Below, in pieces: positions 1-12,488 of a stretch of DNA of 64,000 nt (positions are counted from its first letter, which is position 1; the number at the start of each line of letters is the position of its first letter). The DNA lies in the NCBI RefSeq assembly GCF_006345805.1, contig NC_042998.1:127782001-127846000 (forward strand), read 5' to 3'. This stretch comes from Octopus sinensis. Its lineage: Eukaryota. The notes beneath the pieces are model-generated. The model saw only the letters and a list, made by a program, of their open reading frames with translations, made no database searches and was not told the DNA's origin. The translations under genes and the position numbers were made by a program.

Positions 1-78
1 CGCCTCAGTTTTCGAATCTATGAAGAACATACGCACACAAACATACACATACACAAACCTTGTTTTATTATATAAAAT
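1..78 (-). mobile_element. Fragment of a putative non-autonomous Helitron-like 5' end; inverted copy of 1160-1225
   Basis: The reverse complement TATATAATAAAACAAGGTTTGTG...TTCATAGATTCGAAAACTGAGGCG matches TATATAACAAAACAAAGTTTTTGTG...TTATGGATTCGAAAACTGAGGTG at 1153-1225. The Helitron call rests only on the TA-rich start and general resemblance to Helitron 5' ends. Confidence 0.4.
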
Positions 79-87
79 ATATATATA

Positions 88-300
88 AGAATGGAGTTAA
101 GAATGTTACCTGGTTCGAGTGAGATTTTACGTTTTGTCCCGTTGATATAGAGGCCTGGAGTTTCGAGGATTTCCCATGAGATCGAGTATGGAATCCCATT
201 GTCTCTTAGCTGCTTGACATGACTGGCAAGCGATGTTACGTATATCCTTTCCGATACATCCGATGTATTTCCCTGGGCGCCTGTTGTCGGTGCTGCACCT
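88..300 (-). mobile_element. Penelope-like element GIY-YIG endonuclease fragment with internal deletions
   Basis: The minus strand reads RCSTDNRRPGKYIGC (YIG motif) and, in another frame, TSLASHVKQLRDNGIPYSISWEILETPGLYINGTKR...PGNILNS. This is typical of the PLE endonuclease C-terminal half and homologous to 641-870. The Asn/Thr-rich stretch 300-640 may be the PLE linker. Confidence 0.75.
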
Positions 301-640
301 GTTGTTGTTGTTGTTGTTGTTATTGTTGTTGTTGTTATTGTTGTTGTTTTTGTTGTCACTGTTGTTGCTGCAGCTGTCACCGATATTGCTATTCCTGGGG
401 CTGGGGCTACTGTTGTTGGCGTCGGTAATGTTATCGCTTCTGCCATTTATGCTAAAGGCGCTGTTGTTGTTAATATTGTTGTTATTGTTGTTGATGTTAT
501 TGCGGTCTTCGCTAGTGGTGGGGGACTTGCTACTGCTGCTAGAGGTGTCATTAGCTGGTGTTGCTGCTTGGGCTGCTGTTACTGCCGTTATAGCTGGTGT
601 TGTCACACTGGATCTGTTACTGCTGCTATAAGAGTTGTCA

Positions 641-1097
641 CGTAACATCGCTGGCCAGCTACGTCTGACAAGTAAAAGACGATAGAATCTTATACTCGAT
701 ATCATGCAAAATCCTTGAGAACCCAGGCCTCTACATCAACGAAATGAAGCGTTGCAAGTTATGCATAGCTGAATGCGCGAGAATCGTAAAAGAGTCGCTA
801 GCACCAGGGAGCATCCTTAACTCCAAAACGGAAATTTTCGGGTCCTGTTTACATTTTAGGAAATTTCTGCTAGTATTTTGGGACCTGCAAGATGGCGGCA
901 CAACCAGAAATCGATACACAATAGCAAAGGGAAATAATCCCCTATTGTTTACTTTTGTAGCGAGGCTTTTCCCCCTCCATATTTTGAAGAGGTTTTAGGC
1001 GAACAGGTGTTGGAATTTGACGATAGACCTTAAAGCTAAACCCTTTAGGGACGGAAAACGCAAGGTAATCCCATAAACCGGCCTTCCCCACTTTTAA
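641..1097 (+). mobile_element. Penelope-like element 3' end: GIY-YIG C-terminus plus pLTR-like tail ending at (TA)n
   Basis: Reads TSLASYV..., then MKRCKLCIAECARIVKESLAPGSILNSKTEIFGSCLHFRKFLL (CxxC...LNxKxE...CxH tail of PLE endonucleases). The non-coding tail 900-1097 is homologous to 41452-41660 (reverse) and 41880-42082. Confidence 0.8.
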
Positions 1098-1098
1098 T

Positions 1099-1158
<60 letters not shown>

Positions 1159-1159
1159 T

Positions 1160-1400
1160 ATTATATAACAAAACAAAGTTTTTGTGTATGTGCGCGTGTT
1201 CCTTATGGATTCGAAAACTGAGGTGCCGATTTTGACGTACGATGTATCAAAACATTCAGTAATCTTACGGCTACCAAATAACGTATGTTTTTTGTTAATA
1301 AGTTCTTTTTTACTACAAAAATAACCTCGAAAACGAGGTCGGATCCCACAATTTTGAACTCCTTCTACTCTGAACGACCTAAAAATACATGGAGTTTCAC
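1160..1400 (+). mobile_element. Putative non-autonomous Helitron-like element, 5' portion
   Basis: Starts directly after (TA)n and has a second copy at 1-78. No 3' hairpin/CTRR end was identified. Confidence 0.4.
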
Positions 1401-1508
1401 CAGGGAATGAAACTTCGAAGATATATCGTCAATATTATTAGTATTAGTATCCCTCTACATCTTAGAGTGTGCTTCTTCTCCGGATTTATATTTCCTACAA
1501 ACGATCCC

Positions 1509-1550
<42 letters not shown>

Positions 1551-1649
1551 TATATATATGGAACAAAAATGCAATAGGGGGCATTAAACCGTTCGGACAG
1601 ATAGACGATACAAAGGCGAACAAGAGAAACAACAATTAGAAGGACAGGC

Positions 1650-1692
1650 AAAAAAAGACGGGACATTCTTGGCTTTCTTTCATCAGTGAAGT
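1650..1692 (-). ncRNA. Degenerate minimal hammerhead-ribozyme-like motif (probably inactive)
   Basis: The minus strand reads CA CTGATGA AAGAAAGCC AAGAATG TCC CGTC. CUGAUGA is intact, but GAAAC is mutated and stem II is imperfect. It lies at the 5' side of a PLE RT relic. Confidence 0.35.
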
Positions 1693-1769
1693 CCTAGAAG
1701 TCACGACCATTTCGGGTAGGGCGAGAGAGAGAGAGCAAGTGAGAGAGAATGTCGACTAAACAGATGATT

Positions 1770-3470
1770 CTTATGAACAGATACAACTTACATCAACATT
1801 TCGAGAAATAGAACAAACCCGTATTTTCGGGGATAAGTGTGAACGATATTCACATTTAAAACACACTGCAAATGCTAATTCTACAAAAGCTTCTAATACG
1901 ATTACCGTGAAAGCAGTAACACCAGAGCACTGCAAAATAAAGGAATGGAATAGAATCCAGTCGAAGAATGAAATGTACAAAAGAAGGAACCAGGTGAAAA
2001 ATACGTGGAATAAATTAAGTTAAGGAAAACTTTCACACCGCAAGTCACTTACGAAGAAACATCTTGCTGATACATACTAAGAATAGAAAACCTATGAGCA
2101 AGTTATTTTTCCGCATAAATTCAGTGTTGAGAATGTAAGATCAAAATCATATGAGGAAACTAAAATAGGAATAACTCTCCCACTTCAAACATTTGATGTG
2201 GAAATCATCATACTATGACCTGGAGTACCTGAATGCCAAAACTTTCTACTCTATAATGTAAGAGGAAGTCATCGAATAAATGGTAGAAAAAACGCAAGAA
2301 AAAAATTAGACTTATGGAAAATCGATATACAAATTGGGGAAACTAAACCAAATATAGAAGCAGAAATTCCAGGAGCATGGGGGCCAATTACGGAACAAAA
2401 TAAGTGAAAACTAAAAATAGAGCATAAAAATCTTTAAAATATACAACTTCACAACAGCACAAAGAACTGTATCTCCTTCCGTAATAATTTACATGTCGGA
2501 TCACGAAATAATTAAAAGGAGACAATCCAAAATTCTTCAGACGTAGACAAAAAAGGCAGAAGTTCAATAATTCATACCAGATTAGATCAATTATGTACTA
2601 CCTAAATAAAGTTTCTAAAACGAGTAAGTAGAGCACTGACCTTGGTCACTTTCAACGTGACTAGCCTCTACACAAACATTGCCTGGGGGATTGAGATTAG
2701 ATACAGTGGAATTCTTATTAGGCAAACACCCGCACATAATTCAGGAGAGATTCTCAAAACAGTTTATACGAGAAGGATTACAATTGGTGCTGGAGAACAG
2801 CTACTTCTACTTGGATAATCAATATTGCTTGTAATGGACACGATATTTGCACCCACATTTATAGCACTAGTGATTGGATTCCTCGTAGGGAAATATCCAT
2901 TCTTCCACGAGCATTTCCAATACTTTTAAAAAGAAAACTGGATAAAAGTTCATAGTTTAGAACTTCATATTTTACTTGAACAGAAGTAGGGAGGACCGTA
3001 CAAAATGCTTTAAGTTAATAAAGTGTTTTCGCTAATCAAAGCAATTCACCGTGGAAATTAATGAAAAACAACTTTCGTTATAGGGAATTTTGGTAATTAA
3101 AAATAATAAAACAATTATAACCTATCCATACAGCAAAGACACGAACACAGACCAATACTTAAATTTTAGATATTTAGATACATCCCATATTAAAAGAAAT
3201 ATTATATATAAGACGGTAAGAAATCTGTACTCAATAGTTATGAATTCACGTAGAGAGAGAAAGAGAAAGAAGACTAATAGGAGAGAGAGAGAGGACTAAG
3301 AATAGTTCTCAGGGAATAAAAATATTAAAAAATAATGCCATAGCCACACCAAAAGAAATCCCAATCCCTAAGTTACAGACAATCCATCTCAATCCCTGCA
3401 AAGATAAAATTGGAAATATTCCATTTGTAGTCACTTACACGCAAAGTCTATTTAATGTAAGGAATGAGGT
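1770..3470 (+). pseudogene. Decayed Penelope-like retroelement reverse transcriptase
   Basis: LVTFNVTSLYTNI at ~2640-2680 (PLE motif FDVxSLYTNIP); VMDTIFAPTFIALVIGFL at ~2830-2885 (AMGTxxAPxYAN); thumb-like NNKTIITYPYSKDTNTDQYLNF...HIKRNIIYKTVRNLYSIV at 3100-3240. Many stops and frameshifts. Confidence 0.8.
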
Positions 3471-4902
3471 GATGTACAGCAGGTAGATTCGATCAATATA
3501 AACGAATAGTTTGTGCAGAGTGCAAAAACTGAACACTCACACATCATCTTCGTCGAGATGTGTGTGTGTATACACATACCATAAATTACTGTTTTCAAAA
3601 AGAAAAGAATTCATTATGGATCGTATTCCAAGATACGTCATGGAAAGACAATAATTGCCATGAATGAAAAGGAACGTATATAACATAGAAAGTAGACGTA
3701 GATAATCTACAACAAATGGATGTCACATCTTCAACTTTGTTGTATGATTAGAGTTGACAAAGGAATTAACAACAAAGATATCCAGGATTGCCCAAATTGA
3801 TAGCGGTAACTATAAATGTGAAAGAATGAGGAGGGAGAGATAGTTATCGTAGTTGGTTTAAAGCTGTTATTGGCATCCTGTTGACTCCATGAGCAGGACA
3901 TTTAACTTCCTTTCTGTGTGAGTAGTAGATGTAGCAATAGCAAGGCCGTAAAATTAATGAGAAAGTTATTGGTTTGCAAATTTGACGTAGTTTTCCCTTG
4001 CAGAAAATATATATATACTAGAGACCAAAATTGTAATGTAAGGGCAACTGATGGTGAACATTAGATAGAAGGATCTTAGCGCTTCAGAACAAAATAAATA
4101 ATTTTTTAATTTACATTCTATTTTCAAATAATAATGAATATTTTACTTCTATGAACCGTTTCCGTGTATGTTAACGTATACACATTTACACATACATAAA
4201 TAGAAATCTATGCGCATGTTTCTGCATATATACCGATATATACCATAAGTGTGCGTGAGTGCGTGCGTGTGTGCGTATGAATATGTATGTATGTGTATGT
4301 ATGCATATTTATCTGTATATGTAATGAAAGTGTTTGTAGGTTGGGTGTGCAGACCTCCATTGTTAAATAGATAATGACGATTCTATCAAATCATACACAA
4401 GATCTTTATTTATATATTGCAGTTGTTTAAATTACAATTTCTTTTCAATATTTTTCATGTGGAAGGTTTCATATTCAATTAATATATCCTTCCTTGCAAG
4501 CGAGAGGGAGAGAGAGAGAGAGTGAGTAACCGCTTACTTTGATTTACATCTTTCTTAACAATGGATGAGTCTAATCCAATACAATTCTACGGTACCAACG
4601 TAAACAACAAAGACAAGCAGCCAAGCTTATATCTCTCAACAACTTATGTACATATGTGTTCATCCTGCGTCCGAATATAAACGTGATATTTCTATTGAAC
4701 CAGCAAACAACTAGTGAATGTCAAACATACAAATATATATATTTTTTCCTTTTACATTTTCCATTCAATTAACATCTCTATATGAGTAGATTTTATTTTT
4801 TGTACTCCATCTATGCATTTAGTGTTTTTACTCTTACTGTTGTTTTTAGCTGCATGTTAGTAATTATCGAGAAGACTAATAATCAAAAATATCTGAATCA
4901 TA

Positions 4903-5076
4903 TAGGCGCTGGCATAGCTGTGTAGGTAAGAACATCGCTTTCCATCTATATGGGTTCGGACTCAGCACACGGCGTAGCATCTTGGATAAGTGTCTTCTAC
5001 TATCGCTCCGGGCCGGCCAATACTTTGTGAGTAAATTTGGAAAATGGTTAGTGATTGGAAGCTCGTTGTAAGTATA

Positions 5077-5126
<50 letters not shown>

Positions 5127-5330
5127 TGAGTGGCTTTACATCTGTTATTGCAACCCATTCCCACCTCTTGACAACTGGCGTTGATTTGTATACGTTCCTG
5201 TAGCTTAGCTTTTCGGCAAAATAGATTAATAGAATAGGTATTAGACTTTTGACAAAAATAAATACAGAGGTCAATTCAAGACGACACACCAGCATGGCCG
5301 CAGACCAAAGGATAAGATAAATTTTTAAAA
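4903..5330 (+). mobile_element. tRNA-derived SINE with an internal (TG)n, family also at 51262 and 51895
   Basis: Pol III-like head (GGCATAGCTGTGTAGGTAAG...GGGTTCGGACTC), then the GGATAAGTGTCTTCTACTAT core, (TG)n and a tail ending CCAGCATGGCCGCAG, all shared with 51262-51850. Confidence 0.75.
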
Positions 5331-8300
5331 TAGATAAAAAAAAACCTTGCCTTTCTTTGCCTTTATGTGCAACTGTAATGACTACTTCTAGCTTTCGCTT
5401 GGCATTGTTCCATCACCGCTCAGGCATTGTCTTTCCACGCCTCTTGTCCTATATTGCGTTTACCCGTAAGTCCTGCAATAACCATTATGTGGAGATTGTG
5501 AACTTTCTGGGATTTCCTCTCTGTCTGTAGTTTTCTTTTAGCCGCCACTTTGCTGATATAGAATAAAAGGGAATGAGGCATTTGGGTTCTACTGTTTTGT
5601 CGCCGCTTTTCTTCGCGTTGCTAACTCAGATGTTTTGATATTTCTATCGTCTCACCATTTGCCCTCCCCATCTCTCTCTCTCCCTAACTTTCCCCCTTCT
5701 TCTCTATCTCCTCCCCTTTCTCTCTTTCTCTCTGTGTTTTTCTACGTTAGCATATAGTTATCTTTGTATGTGTGTGTAATGCCACTGTCTCACTCTGTGT
5801 TTGAATATTTACGCTCGCTTGCTTCAGTGTGCTTGCTTCAAGTGCCAAAATCTATTATCGCCAAAGAAGCTTGAATACACAATCAGCCGCACCTAAACGT
5901 CAACATCCAAATAGCCGCACTTAATCACTTCATTTCGAGAAAGGAGTTTCAAAATCTGCGTCAATCTCACCAGTCCTCGATGTGAGTGTATATAATAATA
6001 GCATAGATTCTTTCTCCAAACCAAATCATTTTATAATTAATATAGAGAAAATCTAAGTACAGTGTACGTACAGGAGTGTTATACACTCCTGCTGTTTGAA
6101 TTTTGGTGATAGTTACTTAATAGCACATCGTTCCAATCGATGAATGCCCTGTGATACAGGAAGATGTCAGATTTATGAACACAAAAGAAAGAAGTTTATA
6201 GCTGTTTAGTCCCAAATCACGCTTCATCTCTCAGATCTGTGATCAAAGGCATTCTATATATGATTATCTCTCTTATTTTCGACAGGCGTCGTTATCTCAG
6301 ACTAAGTTGCACAATATGCCTTTCCTTAAATGGCAGCATTCAGACTTAGGTCAACAATTATTAAGAAGACGTTGACCAAAGATATTCCCACTATGACCAT
6401 CCCGTCCTCGAATGGGTTTAAATCATTAAACAATGGGAAAGAGGTACATGAATGTGTGCCAAACGGGCAATAAACAAAAGATCTCTCTTTTTCTTAAGAA
6501 TAATTTTCATTACTATTTCCACATTAAAGAAATATAAAATTATAGGTGTTAATCTCTCGCACAATAAATTTTACAATCTCATTATTAAAATGTACCGTAA
6601 AACATTCCTTTGTTGATGGCTATATCAATGTATAATTATTGGAACATCAATTGATGATGTCCACCGTTTAAGAGTTTAGACTTTTAATTAATGTTCCTAT
6701 TTTACTTCAACTGAGGTCAGTTGAGTTTGTTAACATTCGTTTCATTACTTTTTCACTTTATCCCTCACTTACACATCTCATATTCTCATCACTTTTTCCA
6801 CTCAACTCCCCAACTACATACATTCAACACCCTCTAAACTCACCCCACTTTTACTGATCCGTTGCTCTACAGTCCATATTGCCAACTCTCCGGATCACTA
6901 CGTTCAGATGAACAACGCATGGTTACACAATTGAATAAACAAGTTATCGTTTTTAGGACAATGACTGTTTTCTCATCTTTTGATATGTTTCTAAAATATA
7001 CAAAAGAATACATTATATTATAATATATTTTAAATAAAATAGCAACGGCAATATTAACAATGCATAGAAACACATTTGTTACAACTTAAAAATGCTAAAA
7101 TTTCATGTCATTTAAATGTTAATGGGATTTCTGTATCACTGTGTGTACGTGTTCTGAATGGCTGTGTGTGTATATGTGTGTGCGCGTGTGTGTGTGCGTG
7201 CGTGCACACACTTACATAGTACCGTATTTCCATACACATAGCCATCATAAATTCAAGTTATTATTGTAAGTACATTTTCCATTGTTAGCACGTTATATAG
7301 AATTCAGTTCCGCGTTTTACTTTAAGTTATTTCTTTAATATTTCCACCTACTATCTCAAAACTCGACATGTGGGAGGAAAACGTGACAAAAAAAAAGTGA
7401 TAACGTTAGAAATAATCAATAATATTTTGAGAACCTTATCGATCTGTAATCTCTTTTACTTCAAATATCAAAATGCAAAAACAAAAATGAATTCCCTTGA
7501 ATAGATATCAAGTAAAATGAAAGTGAAAGAAAACTGCGTCAGTCTTTGCTATCTGGATCTAAAAATATATCGTAGAATATAAGGCTTCGTTCCCTGTCGT
7601 TTATGTATAAAATACACTTCAAATTATATCAGAATATTATATCAGATTATTACATTCGATGTTTTATTACATTTTCTTTTTTGGTAGGAGGTGTTTATGT
7701 TGTATTCCATCATGAAGATGTACTATGAAAATATTCGATATCCATTTGTTTTTGAAATTAAAGTATTGCAACTAATGAATCTAGTTGTCATTTTATAAGT
7801 TGTTACGAGATAAACCAATAAAGCCTGGTCATTAAGAGAAACAATTAAGAGGTTCAGTAATGACCTAGAAATAGAAATAATATAGGATATTTCGTACCAA
7901 GAAGTCGTCACGATATTAAATATATCACTGGACTAAATAACGGTACCATTATGAATCTGAGGAGTGTTCTAATCGTTCGCAGTGTTTCTTATGCATTGAT
8001 TTGAGCCCGGATCATGTTAAAATGTTGATAATTCTAATTCAAATTATGTTTCTATTATTTTGAAGACAGAACGAAAAAGAATTTTACCCGCTAAACTCAT
8101 ATCTGCAACGTAGACATTTAAGTCTACATAGAAGTAGACGTTGTTTTCGTGTTTGTTGTTGTTATGATTTTTCTTTAGCCCAAAGCTGTCCTTGATCTTG
8201 CTGATCTGTGACCAAAGGCATTCTATTCAAATGCATCATGTTTGTTTTTTCCCTATCTTCTTGGCACCTAAATCCTCATTATCCAAAGAAGGAAAATGTT

Positions 8301-8461
8301 GAGTGATATTTCTAACAGTTCGAATGATTATGTAATTTCGAATGCAACACCCAGCTCGAGTTCTGGGCTATCAACGCTCTCAGAATCCAGATTAAAACCG
8401 AAATTCTTCAGGTGTATAAAATTCTGAATGACCCTTGCGTGTGTTTACCGAAAAGTAAAAT

Positions 8462-8848
8462 ATAATCGAATAAGAAGACAAACAAAGATTTTAACACATC
8501 TTTTATGATCAGTTACAATTGTTTTTGCATTATCTATGCTTTCAGTACCGGTTCACGAAAAAGTTCGAAGTGAAAATTTGATATTCGCGGCTTTATTGTT
8601 ATTTGATTTTTGGTTCCTCTCGATTCTAAGCAAAAGATAAAAAATAGCAGGCGCACAACGTAAAAGTACACCTTTGATGCAGGTCTAAGGAATTGCCACT
8701 CTGATGTCTAAAACCGCAAATATTACGTAAAGTTTCTCTTTGAACTTTTGCGGGAAAGATGTTGAAAGCAGATATGGTACAGAAACAATTGTAACTAATC
8801 ATTAAAGATGTGTTTAAAGTCTTTCCCTCTCTTCTTATTTGGATTACA
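8462..8848. repeat. Old fold-back element, ~135-bp inverted arms (8462-8594 / 8710-8848), ~70% identity
   Basis: AATAAGAAGA...AACACATCTTTTATGATCAGTTACAATTGTTT...AAAAGTTCGAAG...TATTCGCGG is mirrored by CCGCAAATA...TTTGAACTTTT...AAACAATTGTAACTAATCATTAAAGATGTGTT...TCTTCTTATT. Confidence 0.75.
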
Positions 8849-8920
8849 TTTGTATTTGTACGTACACACATATATATATGTATGTATGTATGTATATATA
8901 TATGTATGTATGTATATATA

Positions 8921-8966
<46 letters not shown>

Positions 8967-9875
8967 GTATATATATATATTTGTATATGTATGTGTATGT
9001 GTGTTTGTATGTGAGTGTATTTGTGTGTTGTGTGATAGATAGAAAGATAAATAAATAGATAGATAAATAGATGATAGATGAAATTGAATCGTAAGTAAGA
9101 ATATTTGTTTTATTGATCAGGCAAAATGGAACAGAGAAAAATAAATTTATCAACATTATAATTATTGGGAAGATTACCATCAATTTTAGCATCAATTTTA
9201 ACATTAATATTTAATACGAAATTTTAAAATCATTTTTTTTATATAATTATATTCGAATGAGCGAAAACAAAACAAATTAATAAAATTATTTAAACCAGAC
9301 AGTTGGATTTTTATGGAAGCAGATTATAATCGAGTGAATTTATTTGAAAAATATTACAGATGCTTAATGTAATCAACGCTAATTATGTAATCAGAGATTT
9401 CTCTTTATATCTTCCTAGAAAACTACATAGAGTAGGCAAAACCATTACATTACTTAACTGAATTCTTCTTATTGGAATTGAGAAAAACATTCCCATTTGG
9501 ATTTTATTGTAGAACACAGATATGGATTGACAAGTGTGGATGTATCAGCTTGCAGTATTTTTCTGTTTCTGAGTTCCTATCCCATTGGATCTGAACTTTG
9601 CATTTTGTTTATCACACCAATGCTCTCTGTCTTGTGCTGTTTATCTCCCAGATCAAGTAGAAGTTTGGCATTCTAGCTGTTCTAGCTGAAGCTATAATTC
9701 TTTTCAGACATAATTGATTTCAGACAATATTATTCAATATTAGCTTACTTGCCTTTCAACAGGCGATGGGGTGGTAATTGGAAATATTTGGCAGTTGCAT
9801 CTAGCAACCCTATCTATCTATATATATCTATCTATCTATCTACCTACCTATCTATTTATCTGTCTATTTATCAGA

Positions 9876-9919
<44 letters not shown>

Positions 9920-10661
9920 GCACACACACATATTTGAGTGTGTATGTATGAGTTGGTTTGTATGCATACTTGTATATTTGTACATTCACATATATATATT
10001 CGTATTTATTGGTTTCAAATTTTGGCACAAAGCCTGGTCGTTATCAACACATACATACACACATACACGTACACACACATATATATATGTATGTGTATTT
10101 GAGTGAATATGAATACACAGATATGCATACGCACAGGCACATACATACATACATACATAATACATACATACATACATACATACATACATACATAATACAT
10201 ACATACATACATACATGCATACATGTATATACAAATGTATTTATCCATATTCATTCAATATACTCAGTGATATTTCAGCAAAGCGAAAAGTCAAAAAGCA
10301 TCATCATCATCATCAAATAAGGAATGTTTTAGAAACAGTGAATTTGGTCGGTATATATTGGTTTTGAGATAGGTGTTGGAGTGAAAACGCTCCCTTAACA
10401 GGAAAGACTAAGTGGAACATAAGATGCAAGTAAGGAAGTTGATAGAATGGGAGGTGTACAAGGATAAATAAGGGTCAGTTGGAGCAATGGTAAACATGTT
10501 GTATGTATATTAATAAATTTATTTATTGATGCACATACAACAGTCTATGCCAGTTGCTTTATCCAGGAATGTCGTAATCTTATTAATATGCAAACAACAC
10601 ACAAACTTACACATATGTGTGTATATATATATATATATGCATTATGTATATATATATATAT

Positions 10662-10840
10662 AGGGGAGAAATTCACAAAAAAGACGAAGACATGTGGTGT
10701 AGACAACAAACAGATGTATTAGTTTAACGCTCGGGAAGTGAAAACATCTTTAACATTTCGAGCCTACGCTCTTCCACAGAAAGGAACACAGAAAGAAACA
10801 AGGATAGAAAATAAAGAATGTGTAGTGGCTAGCGATCTAT
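10662..10840 (-). mobile_element. Short PLE pLTR-like repeat carrying a hammerhead-like motif (10748-10784)
   Basis: Homologous to 42141-42337. The minus strand contains CTTT CTGTGGA A GAGC GTAG GCTC GAAATGT T AAAG. It abuts a (TA)n run. Confidence 0.6.
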
Positions 10841-11100
10841 AGACGGCAATAGGAAAAAGCAGAAAGTGCAAAAAAAATTTTAGAAAGTAGTAAAATTTAC
10901 GAAAAGTTCAAAGGTTCAAAAGCTTCGAACGTCGTGGTGTATTGGAGCGATTTTTTCATCTACAGAGGAGTCCAGTGTAATCCATGGGCAGCAGAGGTAC
11001 AGCTGAAGTGTAGTAGGAAGTTCAGATAGAGAATCCGTAATAGTTCGCTGAGTGATATATATGTATATACATACGTATAAATATACATGTACAAATATAC

Positions 11101-11184
<84 letters not shown>

Positions 11185-11785
11185 CCAATTAAGGACTGCA
11201 TACGAAAAGTGGACAGTCAACATGCTAGATATAGACGTCAAATCGCCATTCTCCACAAAAAGTTTATGTTCTCAGATCAAACTCAACAAAACCAAAGCAA
11301 TAAACAAGTGAAAAATATACGAAATAAATATTTAACCATGTACTAAATTTAGTTTCAGCTGTTATTTTCCGCAAGGAAAAGTGCAGCATCATCAGCATGG
11401 TCCCATATAAAATGTAATTTGCTGGACTAAATGCCAACACGACACCAAAATATCGCGTGCATGGAGTCCGGCCTATTACATTTGAAATATATATTTCAAA
11501 TGCCTTTACTTTTGGCGCGATGAGACCCGAAAAAACTAGCCTGCAGCTAATAGTTAGCAGCAGTTAATTTATCGGTTAGAGAACAAATATTTATAAAATT
11601 AAATTTAGGGTAAAAATTGATATTTATCAATTAGAACCAGTGGTCTAGCATATTAAAGAAAGAATCCGAAGATTAAAATATTTATATATACCAATTAAGG
11701 ACTGCACACGAAAAGTGGACAGTCAACATGCTAGATATAGACGTCAAATCGCCATTATCCACAAAAAGTTTATGTTCTCAGATCA
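11185..11785. repeat. 95-bp direct repeat (11185-11279 and 11691-11785, 2 mismatches) enclosing ~410 bp
   Basis: CCAATTAAGGACTGCA(T/C)ACGAAAAGTGGACAGTCAACATGCTAGATATAGACGTCAAATCGCCATT(C/A)TCCACAAAAAGTTTATGTTCTCAGATCA occurs twice with an offset of 506. Confidence 0.92.
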
Positions 11786-12325
11786 TATATAATTTTATAA
11801 CACTTTTGGAGTCTCAGCCACAGTGTGTGAAGCTGAATTAAACTGTTATTAAAAAATGTAACAGCAATAAAATTTTTGGAGTGCTTTCCTCCGTGTACTC
11901 ACGCATATACATTGTGCATGTGTGTGTGCCTCTGTGACTGCCTGTATGCGTGTGTGCATGTGCACGCGTGCTTTTACTTGGTGTGTAGACATCAAATGGT
12001 GCATTGCAATATTAAATTATTTTCAGTTTCGATTTATGCTTAGTGATTTGAACATAAAATATGAATACATACATATGCATGTATATACATGCACACGCAT
12101 ATACATACATATATACGTACCTATATATATATATATATATACATGGCAATAAGAAAATGTAGGGGATCAAGAGATGGTATTCATCAATCTTTAAACATTA
12201 TATTATGTATATTTATTTTTAAAAAAACAATTATAACAATATACATACATGTATAACATATTATACTTTACATATATAAAAATACCAGTAATTGTTAAAA
12301 TATATAACGAAGAACATAGGAAGTA

Positions 12326-12380
<55 letters not shown>

Positions 12381-12407
12381 GTATGTATATATGTATGTAT
12401 ATGTATA

Positions 12408-12488
<81 letters not shown>

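Noticed and set aside
18-705. 142-aa and 192-aa Thr/Asn-rich ORFs as mucin-like host genes
   Set aside because: Their only complex parts are PLE endonuclease remnants; the rest is low-complexity sequence.
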